From: an uncultured Acidobacteriaceae bacterium
Lineage (GTDB): Bacteria > Acidobacteriota > Terriglobia > Terriglobales > Acidobacteriaceae
NCBI GenBank assembly: GCA_963771895.1
Contig: CAVYVQ010000043.1
Span: 3,497 to 67,496, forward strand
Direction: 5' to 3'
Length of the DNA: 64,000 bases
Below the pieces are notes generated by a model. It was not told the DNA's origin, did not search any database, and saw only the letters and a list, made by a program, of their open reading frames with translations. The position numbers were made by a program, and so were the translations under genes. Shown here one piece after another: positions 9,398 to 17,063 of the stretch (its first letter is position 1; the number at the start of each line of letters is the position of its first letter).

Positions 9398-10264
9398 CTA
9401 CGCAGCAGCCACGCGCCGAATAACGTCTTCCTGCTCGGCTTTACTCTCAGCCCCGATGGTAAAGGCATCGAGGACGCCCAACGACAACGCATACCGCAAA
9501 GCTTCTGACTGCCGGTCGCGGAGATCGCCCTGACCAAGAATCTTCATGCCGATCACTGCCTTGCCGGAGGCTTTCATTTCGCGCAGAACGCTGACCACGG
9601 TTTGAGGGTCGGCGTCCATGTGCGAGCCGATGGGATTGATGCGGGCGAGATCGACCTCCACCCACGGCGACTTCGCCGCGGTTCGCAGCGCCTCGATGCT
9701 GTGGCAGGAACAGCCGTGGGCCCGAATAACGCCCTTCTGCTTGGCTTCGGAGAGCACGTCCATCACGCCGTTAAAGCGCCCGGTCCAATCCGCTTCAGTG
9801 ACGCAATGGATCAGGCAAATATCGAGATAGTCGACGCCCAGCTCGCGGCGGAAGCGGTCGAGATCGGCACGGGCAGTCGCGGGATCGCGCGCCCATGTCT
9901 TAGTGAGTACCGTGACTTTGTCACGCGGTACGTGCTTCAACGCTTCCGCGACGTGAGGATGACTTCCGTAGGAATCGGCGGCATCGAAGAAACGCAAACC
10001 GTGATCGTAGCCATTGAGCAGAAGATCAGAGAGTCCTTTGACGCCGAGCGCGGTCTGATTCGAGTGATGCCCCGAGCCGACGGTTCCGGTGCCCATGGCC
10101 AGCCGGCTGGTTCTAATGCCCGTACTGCCGAGGGTGACAGTGTCGGAGGCGGAAAACTTCGATAACGAAGGCTGGGTTGCAAGAGCAGCCAGCAAGTCTT
10201 TGGAGTTGAGCCAGGCAGCTCCCAGGCCCGATGCAGAGCGAATGAGGAATTCGCGGCGATGCAT
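9398..10264 (-). CDS. aldo/keto reductase with twin-arginine (Tat) signal
   Basis: The Met at 10264 is preceded by AGGAGA. Tat-like N-terminus MHRREFLIRSASGLGAAWL. AKR-type segments FFDAADSYG and YLDICLIHC. Confidence 0.8.
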   Translation of the reverse strand: MHRREFLIRSASGLGAAWLNSKDLLAALATQPSLSKFSASDTVTLGSTGIRTSRLAMGTGTVGSGHHSNQTALGVKGLSDLLLNGYDHGLRFFDAADSYGSHPHVAEALKHVPRDKVTVLTKTWARDPATARADLDRFRRELGVDYLDICLIHCVTEADWTGRFNGVMDVLSEAKQKGVIRAHGCSCHSIEALRTAAKSPWVEVDLARINPIGSHMDADPQTVVSVLREMKASGKAVIGMKILGQGDLRDRQSEALRYALSLGVLDAFTIGAESKAEQEDVIRRVAAA

Positions 10265-10311
10265 AAAGTCTCCTGCGAGCCGGAATTGTTCCATGATACG
10301 CGTATCCGCGG

Positions 10312-10965
10312 TTATTCGAACTGCCTTCGAAACTCTGCCAGCTGTTGTCGCATTTCCGCCACTTCTTTTCTCAGTTCCGTCACTTCGCTTTCGAGGCTGG
10401 CGATGCGGTCGTCATCCGCCGAAGGACTGGCTGGTGCCAGAGCCGGCGCAGCTTCTGCGGGAGCCGCATTGCCAGAAAGCAGATGCATGTAGCGCGATTC
10501 CTTCGTGCCCGGCTGACGCGGCAGCACCGCAACCAGCGGAGGCTCGCGCTGGCTGAGCCGGTCGAGCGTCGCGTGGACATCTTCCAACTCCTCGAATCGA
10601 TACATCCGTTCAGCCCGGCCTCGGAGTTCTCCCGGAGTCTGCGCACCGCGCAGGAGCAGCACGCAGAGAATCGCGATCTCACGGCGGTCGAAATTAAATA
10701 CTTCCTGCAAGCGGTGCTCGTATTTTGTGACCCGGCTGTCGGCTCCGCTCGCGGGACCTGCCATCCGCTGCGCTTGCAGCGAATCCAGCGCGGCGCGCAC
10801 CGCGACCTCGTCAAGTGTCATCACTGGATCGCGGTTGTTCTTCTGGTTGCATGCGTTTACTAGAGCGTTGAGCGACAAGGGATAGTAATCGGGAGTGGTG
10901 ATGTCCTTTTCGATCAATGCCCCCAGCACTCGAACTTCCACGTCACTCAGAAGATCCACACGCAC
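10312..10965 (-). CDS. yceH: YceH-family protein (DUF480)
   Basis: GTG start. The N-terminus LSDVEVRVLGALIEKDITTPDYYPLSLNALVNACNQKNNRDPVM is characteristic of DUF480. C-terminal coiled coil. Confidence 0.8.
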   Translation of the reverse strand: MRVDLLSDVEVRVLGALIEKDITTPDYYPLSLNALVNACNQKNNRDPVMTLDEVAVRAALDSLQAQRMAGPASGADSRVTKYEHRLQEVFNFDRREIAILCVLLLRGAQTPGELRGRAERMYRFEELEDVHATLDRLSQREPPLVAVLPRQPGTKESRYMHLLSGNAAPAEAAPALAPASPSADDDRIASLESEVTELRKEVAEMRQQLAEFRRQFE

Positions 10966-11165
10966 CGCCCATCGAGAGAAGCTATTGTCAGAAGTTTACT
11001 GGAGTTCTCGAGTCGGCGAACAGGGTATGCTTATGGGCCGTGTGACGCCATGAGCATGGTTGGCAGTTTTTCCTAGTACAAATCTGCTATGTGGCGGCGG
11101 CGCGCAACGGTGTAGCCTTCCCCTGCGAAATTGTAGGGAACTCTGGACGAAGGACAACTGCGTTT

Positions 11166-11733
11166 ATGACCTGGATTCGAACCATACCGATGTCGGAGGC
11201 GGATGAGAAGCTGCGCCAGGCGATTGAGGGGCAGCGGGGACTGTATCCCAAGGAATATGGCGATCCGGTGCATCCGGATGAGTCGGGAGGATCGTCGATT
11301 GTTGGATCGCACACGCTGATTCCGGAGGCGCTTTATCACTCGTTCGCCGCGTTTGGGGCGCTGATGTCGCCGGAGTTGCCGCTGAGCCTGGCGGCAGCAG
11401 GAAATGATTGCGACCATGGTGTCGGTGACCAACCGGTGCGTGTATTGAATCGAGTCGCACGCAGAGTTTCTGCGCAGAGTGACGCTGGACCGGGACTTGG
11501 TGGAGGCGCTGGAAAAAGATTATGCGACCGCGCACATCACGCCGCAGGAGCGGGTGATGGTGGATTATGTGGTCAAGCTGACCAAGGACGCTACACGCTG
11601 TTCGAAGAGCGATATTGGGAGGCTACGCGCTGCTGGGTTTGATGATCGCGGGATATTGCAGATTACTTTGATTGCTTCCTGGTTTAATTACATTAATCGG
11701 GTGGCGGATGCGCTGGGGGTGGGGCGGGAGTGA
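11166..11733 (+). CDS. AhpD/carboxymuconolactone-decarboxylase-family peroxidase-related protein; one frame break plus an in-frame TGA at the CxxC motif (candidate Sec codon)
   Basis: N-terminal part [22 protein letters not shown]...SPELPLS in one frame. From ~11389 the next frame reads (W/L)[46 protein letters not shown]...[14 protein letters not shown]. The TGA at 11446-11448 is in frame with ORF 11479..11733. Confidence 0.75.
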
Positions 11734-11797
11734 GTTCCTGACAATCCCAGCGCAGGTGCGATTATGCCCGTCTGCTACTAGACTTGCCTAAGAGGTA

Positions 11798-14407
11798 ATG
11801 CTCCCGAGCCATTCCTCTGCCTTCTCTACTCTTCGGTCCATGACTGACTCTTTAGCACAATTTTTCCTGGCGAACTTTCGGGCGCACCGCGATGAGCGCG
11901 CTTATGGGCAGCGGTGTGGGTATCGGATGGAGTGGTTCACTTATGGGCAGGTTTTGGAGATGGCGGTTCGGTTCGCCGGTGATTTGGAGGCGCGTGGGAT
12001 TTGCAAGGGTGACCGGGTGATGCTGTGGGGGGAGAACTGCGGGCAGTGGGTTGCGGCGTTTTTGGGATGTGCCTTACGCGGGGTTGTGGTTGTTCCGATG
12101 GATGATGGGGCTTCCGCGGATTTTGCGGCGCGGGTTTCGGGGCAGGTTGAGGCGAGGCTTTGGGTTTGTTCACGGAAGCATGCCGCAGAGGATATTGCTG
12201 GCTCAATTCCAGTAATCGTCCTTGAGGAGATCAAAATCCCCGCCCTCTCCCTGCAAAACGCGCAGGGAGAAGGACGGGGCACCCAATCTTCGGCGGCGCT
12301 TGGTCGCGATGACACGCTGCAGATCGTGTTTACTTCAGGGACTACTGCTGAGCCGAAGGGCGTGGTGATTACGCATGGGAATGTTTTGGCTAACATCGCT
12401 CCGCTGGAACTGGAGATGCGGCGGTATGTGAAGTATGAGCGCTGGGTGCATCCGGTGCGGTTTTTGAGTTTGCTGCCGCTTAGCCATGTGTTTGGGCAAT
12501 TCCTGGGGATGTTCTTGCCTCCGCTGCTGGGTGGGACGGTGATATTTCAGGAGGAGTTGAAGCCGTCAGAGATTGTAAGGACGATCCAGCGGGAGAGGGT
12601 GTCGGTATTGGTTTGTGTGCCGAGGGTTTTGCAGTCGCTGAAACAGAAGGTTGAGCGCGATCTGGAAGATAGCGGGAAGATCGAGGACTTTCGGCGGCGG
12701 TTCCGCGAATCCAACGAAAAACACTTCCTGCATCGGTGGTGGATTTTTCGCGAGATTCGGCGGCAGTTTGGTTGGAAGTTCTGGGCATTTATTTGCGGAG
12801 GCGCAGCGCTGGATGCGGAGACGGAAGAATTCTGGGCGCGGCTGGGGTACGCCGCGATCCAGGGATACGGGCTGACGGAGACTACGTCGCTGATCAGCGT
12901 GAATCATCCGTTCAAGTTGGGGAAAGGGTCGATTGGGAAAGTGTTGCCCGGGCGGGAAGTAAAGCTGGCCGAGGATGGCGAGATTTCGATCCGCGGAGGC
13001 GGAGTGGCGGCGGGGTATTGGGATGGAGGGCGACGACAGGGAGTTGTGGATGGGGTTACGGATAAAGACGGGTGGTACCGCACGGGAGACGTGGGCGCGC
13101 TCGATGAAGGCGGAAATCTTTATTTCAAGGGACGCAAGAAAGAAGTGATCGTGACGCCGGGGGGGCTGAATATTTATCCGGAAGATTTGGAGGCCGCGTT
13201 GCGGCTCCAGCGGGAGGTGAAAGATTGTGTGGTGGTTGGGATCGAGCGCGGAGGGAATGCCGAACCCTGCGCGGTGGTGATTTTGCGGGACGAAGCCACT
13301 GTGGCGGCGGTGGTGGAGAGGGCGAACCGGTCGCTGGCGGAATTCCAGCGCATGCGGATGTGGGTGCAGTGGCCGCTGAAAGACTTTCCGCGCGCGAACA
13401 CGCAGAAGCCGCGGCGGAACGTGATTGCCGAGTTCGCGGCAAGACAGATTCTGGAAACCGGAGCGAAGGATGTTGCGAGTGCGGGTGAAAGTCCGGTGAT
13501 GGAGTTGATCAGCCGCATTGCGGGGCGCAGTGTGGCTGGGATGAACGCCGACGCGACGCTCGATTCTGATCTGGGACTCAGCTCGCTGGACCGGGTGGAA
13601 CTGATCAGCGCGCTGGAGGATCGATATCAATTGGATCTTGGCGAGACTCGTCTGAGTGCAGCCCGCACAGTGGGCGATGTGGAAAGGATGTTGAGTGGTG
13701 GGGCGCGTCCGCGCGCAGAATATCACTATCCGGGCTGGGTGTTGCGATGGCCGGTGACGTGGCTGCGATGGCTGGCGCTCTACTTGTTGATGAGGCTGGC
13801 GATGATTCTGCTGGGCTGGCCGCGGATCGAAGGGCGGGAGAATTTGCGGGGATGGGCTGGGCCGCTGCTGGTGGTCTGCAATCACGTTTCAGACGTTGAT
13901 TTCGCATTCGTGCAGGCGGCTTTGCCGGTACGGCTGCGGAAGAGGATCGCGACGGCGACTCGGGGAGAAGCTTTGGAGGCTTTGCACACGCCGGCGGCGA
14001 GCAGAGGATTCTTCGGAAGAATCTTCGATCACACGCAGTGGGTGATGGGGGTTTCGCTGCTAAATCTGTTTCCGCTGCCGCGCGAGGCTGGGTTCCGGCA
14101 GAGTTTCGCTTACGCGGGTGAGGCCGTCGATCGCGGATACAGTGTGCTGGTGTTTCCGGAAGGACGGCATACAGTCGATGGCAAGATGAACCCGTTCCGC
14201 GCAGGGATCGGACTTCTGGCGACCAATCTGGGCATTCCAGTGTTGCCCATGCGGATTGTGGGATTGTTTGAAGTGAAGCAAGCAGGCAGGAAGTTTGCCC
14301 GACCGGGAGAGATTCAGGTTCGCATCTGCCTGCCTATGAAGTTTGCGGCAGGCAGCGATCCCGCTCAAATCGCGCAAGACCTTCAGAGCACCGTGGAAGC
14401 CTTGTAG
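11798..14407 (+). CDS. tri-domain protein: acyl-adenylate-forming ligase, carrier-protein-like segment, and PlsC/LPLAT acyltransferase
   Basis: Adenylation motifs: IVFTSGTTAEPKGVVITHGN, GYGLTETTS, WYRTGDVG..YFKGRKKEVIV. Carrier-like motif LDSDLGLSSLDRVELISALE. A hydrophobic stretch follows, then acyltransferase HX4D (VVCNHVSDVDF) and FPEG (VLVFPEGRHT). The Met at 11840 is an alternative start. Confidence 0.8.
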   Translation: MLPSHSSAFSTLRSMTDSLAQFFLANFRAHRDERAYGQRCGYRMEWFTYGQVLEMAVRFAGDLEARGICKGDRVMLWGENCGQWVAAFLGCALRGVVVVPMDDGASADFAARVSGQVEARLWVCSRKHAAEDIAGSIPVIVLEEIKIPALSLQNAQGEGRGTQSSAALGRDDTLQIVFTSGTTAEPKGVVITHGNVLANIAPLELEMRRYVKYERWVHPVRFLSLLPLSHVFGQFLGMFLPPLLGGTVIFQEELKPSEIVRTIQRERVSVLVCVPRVLQSLKQKVERDLEDSGKIEDFRRRFRESNEKHFLHRWWIFREIRRQFGWKFWAFICGGAALDAETEEFWARLGYAAIQGYGLTETTSLISVNHPFKLGKGSIGKVLPGREVKLAEDGEISIRGGGVAAGYWDGGRRQGVVDGVTDKDGWYRTGDVGALDEGGNLYFKGRKKEVIVTPGGLNIYPEDLEAALRLQREVKDCVVVGIERGGNAEPCAVVILRDEATVAAVVERANRSLAEFQRMRMWVQWPLKDFPRANTQKPRRNVIAEFAARQILETGAKDVASAGESPVMELISRIAGRSVAGMNADATLDSDLGLSSLDRVELISALEDRYQLDLGETRLSAARTVGDVERMLSGGARPRAEYHYPGWVLRWPVTWLRWLALYLLMRLAMILLGWPRIEGRENLRGWAGPLLVVCNHVSDVDFAFVQAALPVRLRKRIATATRGEALEALHTPAASRGFFGRIFDHTQWVMGVSLLNLFPLPREAGFRQSFAYAGEAVDRGYSVLVFPEGRHTVDGKMNPFRAGIGLLATNLGIPVLPMRIVGLFEVKQAGRKFARPGEIQVRICLPMKFAAGSDPAQIAQDLQSTVEAL
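12238..12279. repeat. imperfect palindromic (REP-like) element in-frame inside the ligase domain
   Basis: ccccgccctctccctgc (12238-12254) is near-complementary to gcagggagaaggacgggg (12262-12279), with one mismatch, one bulge and a 7-nt loop. It is translated as PALSLQNAQGEGRG just upstream of the TSGTT motif. Confidence 0.5.
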
Positions 14408-14420
14408 GGTTGGAACTACA

Positions 14421-14450
14421 AAAGGCCCAGATCACATGATCCGGGCCTTT
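14421..14450. terminator. hairpin between convergent genes (candidate bidirectional terminator)
   Basis: aaaggccc(a)gatc-acat-gatc(c)gggccttt is a near-perfect palindrome. It lies between the stop at 14407 (+) and the stop at 14474 (-). Confidence 0.55.
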
Positions 14451-14473
14451 CAGGTTTAAGTTCACCGCACCGA

Positions 14474-16738
14474 CTACGTGATGGTGAGAGTGAATGTGGT
14501 GGTTGCGGTCGTGCTTCCGCTCGTACCCTTGATGGTGATTGTGTAAGTTCCAGCTTTGGCGGTGCTGGACACGTTGATTTGCATGGCTGCAGTTCCCGAG
14601 CCACCCGTGATGGACGTAGGCTTGAAGGCTACCTTCACGCCGGTTGGCTGTCCCGACGCAGTCAGGGCAATCGTCCCGGTAAAGCCACCAGAAGGTGTTG
14701 CCGTAATTTTGACGCTGCCGTGTCCACCCGGAGCGACGCTGCCCTTTTTGGGCGTTGCGGCGAGGGTGAAGCTACCACCACCCGAACTGGTCACCGTCAG
14801 CGTAACGGTTGTGGTTTCCGTCGTGCTGCCGGAGGTTCCTTTTACCGTGATGGGATACACGCCGGTCGCCGTGGTTCCGGCTACGGCCATCGTCATGGTC
14901 GAGGTTCCTGTTCCGGTAATCGAGGTTGGGTTGAAGGTCACGGTCACGCCGGTTGGCTGGCCAGTGGCGGACAATGTCACGGGTGAATTAAAGCCGCCGG
15001 TTGTTGTGCTGGTAATGGTTGAGGTTCCCGACTTGCCCTGCACTACCGACACCGAAGTGGGGTTGGCGGAGAGACTGAAGCCGCTCGTCCCCCCAGAAAT
15101 GGTGATGCTGGCGGCAGCCGAAGGAATGCCGTTTGCAATCACAAACAAGGAACTCGCGCCCGTTTCAATTCCCGCGGGCACATCGAAGTTCGTGGACACG
15201 ATCGCGCTGCCAGTAGCCACAGCCATTGTGCTATGCCCGTGGGTCTTGGCGAAGAAAACGTGTCCCGTGCCTGTGTTTACGATCTGCACCAGCGGATAGT
15301 TGGTGGCATCCTGGAAGTCGTCGCCATAGGCACCCGCCTGTGACAGACCGTTGAACTGTGTTCCCGAGATCGAATACGTTGTCCCGGCTGACAGCGTGCT
15401 GGGCACGGACGTAATCGTTGGCTGCCAAGCGGAATTGAAAGTTCCCGCGGAAGTGAGAAACTCAACATCCGTGGTGAAGTCCGTGTACATGATCTCACCG
15501 TTTGGCAGAACCAGCAGGTGCCCCACAAAAGAGGGTTCAGTGCCGGTGTTTGGTGGGTTAGCGATCCCGACCAAGGTAGAGCCGTCCCACTCGTAAAAAT
15601 TGGCGGGCGCACTGAATGTGCCGCTGTAGGCGCTGGCTTCTACAATGACGTTGCCGGTAATTTCAAGCGCTGCGGGCGCATCATTCGCTGCATCTTTGTT
15701 GGGGAAGTCCGGTCCTGCTGTCCAGACTCCAGTCAATGAATCGTAGACCGCTGTGTGACCGGCCTCGCAGTCGCTGGCGCCAGTGGCGAACACGGTGCCG
15801 TCTGGACGCAACACCGCCTGCCCCAGCTCGTAGCTGCCGCCACCCTTATCGCAGTTCGAATCCCAGAGTTGTTTGATGGTGCTGCCGGCAGTGGTCCACG
15901 TATTGGTGGTGGAGTTGTACGTCTCCGAATTCGTGCCCGTGAAAATGGTGTTGCTGGTGTAGGCATCAACTGTCAGAATCTCGCCGTTTGCCAGCAGATT
16001 CCAGCCTTCTTCGTCGAACTCATCGTTCTTTCCATCGGTGGAGCTGGCCAACTCAGTGAAGGTCAGCGTGCTTTCGTTGAACTGGTAGTAAACGGGGAAA
16101 GAGCTGTGCCCGAATACGATCGCGCAGCATTCCGCCAACATCCACGTTCCGTCGGGCAACACTACAGATTCGGCATCGCCGATGTTACTGTTGGCCGGAG
16201 GCGTTGTGGCCGTCCAGGTGTTGGCGACAGGATCATAGATCGCGCCCAAAGACTGCCAAATGCCGGAGCAGGCGGAATTGGGGCAATTGTATTCGCCGCC
16301 TTGGACGACGACTTTGCCATCCGGCAGCACTGCGGAGCCGAAGAACAGCGGTGCGTAGGTACCAGGCAAATTTGGCAACTTCGTCCACGTGCCGTTGATA
16401 TAGCTGCCTGTATTGTCGGGAGTCAGAGTGTACCAACTCTGGTAGTTCCCCGTGCAACCAGAACAGTTTGGCTCGGAATGCACCAGGACTCGACCGTCGG
16501 TTAGCAGAAGCATTGAGCCGACGGAGACGGGGGGAGTCGTTTTAATTTTCGTCCAGAACGCGGCCGAAGGAGAGACCACTTGCGGGACAGCAGAATTCGC
16601 TCCCGCGATGGGAGGAGGTTCGGTTCCGGGCCTGTGTGGGGCATAGAGCGGCAGATGATTCTGGCCCGCAGCCATGACCGCCGACAAGAGCATTAAACTA
16701 CCGACCAGAGAGCCTGCAAGTATTGAGCCTAACTTCAT
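14474..16738 (-). CDS. secreted kelch/galactose-oxidase-like beta-propeller protein with two C-terminal Ig-like repeats
   Basis: ATG 16738 with GAGGA upstream. Signal peptide MKLGSILAGSLVGSLMLLSAVMAAGQ. Propeller blades: LPDGKVVVQGGEY, LPDGTWMLAE, LANGEILTVDAY, RPDGTVFATGA, LPNGEIMYTD. Two ~95-aa Thr/Gly-rich repeats follow (..LSATGQPTGVTVTFNPTSITG.. and ..LTASGQPTGVKVAFKPTSITG..). Confidence 0.6.
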   Translation of the reverse strand: MKLGSILAGSLVGSLMLLSAVMAAGQNHLPLYAPHRPGTEPPPIAGANSAVPQVVSPSAAFWTKIKTTPPVSVGSMLLLTDGRVLVHSEPNCSGCTGNYQSWYTLTPDNTGSYINGTWTKLPNLPGTYAPLFFGSAVLPDGKVVVQGGEYNCPNSACSGIWQSLGAIYDPVANTWTATTPPANSNIGDAESVVLPDGTWMLAECCAIVFGHSSFPVYYQFNESTLTFTELASSTDGKNDEFDEEGWNLLANGEILTVDAYTSNTIFTGTNSETYNSTTNTWTTAGSTIKQLWDSNCDKGGGSYELGQAVLRPDGTVFATGASDCEAGHTAVYDSLTGVWTAGPDFPNKDAANDAPAALEITGNVIVEASAYSGTFSAPANFYEWDGSTLVGIANPPNTGTEPSFVGHLLVLPNGEIMYTDFTTDVEFLTSAGTFNSAWQPTITSVPSTLSAGTTYSISGTQFNGLSQAGAYGDDFQDATNYPLVQIVNTGTGHVFFAKTHGHSTMAVATGSAIVSTNFDVPAGIETGASSLFVIANGIPSAAASITISGGTSGFSLSANPTSVSVVQGKSGTSTITSTTTGGFNSPVTLSATGQPTGVTVTFNPTSITGTGTSTMTMAVAGTTATGVYPITVKGTSGSTTETTTVTLTVTSSGGGSFTLAATPKKGSVAPGGHGSVKITATPSGGFTGTIALTASGQPTGVKVAFKPTSITGGSGTAAMQINVSSTAKAGTYTITIKGTSGSTTATTTFTLTIT

Positions 16739-17063
16739 TCTGTTTCCTCGTTTTTGAATTTTCTTCACAAGCCAGCCCAGAGTGTGACAGGATCGGACGG
16801 CAGGCCTACCCAGGGGAATACAACTCCGCGGAGGGAAGTTGCCGAGACTGCGCTTCTGTCTCGAATCTCAAAGCCGCCGGATTATACCGCGTCGCGGGGC
16901 GATTCTGATCTAGTTGTGAGTAAGATTTGACAATTAATTTCGCGCGGGATGCGAAAGGCGTGGAATGTTTGCAATATCTTGCATATCGCGGTCGAAGCGG
17001 GACGGCAAGACACTAACTTTCGTCCCCAGAGCCGGAGTCTTACGGCCGGGAAGGGCGAATCTC

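Noticed and set aside
12566-13885. 439-aa minus-strand ORF inside the tri-domain ligase gene
   Set aside because: It is an antisense shadow ORF, Pro/Arg/His-rich with no motifs. The sense-strand gene has clear adenylation, carrier and acyltransferase motifs.
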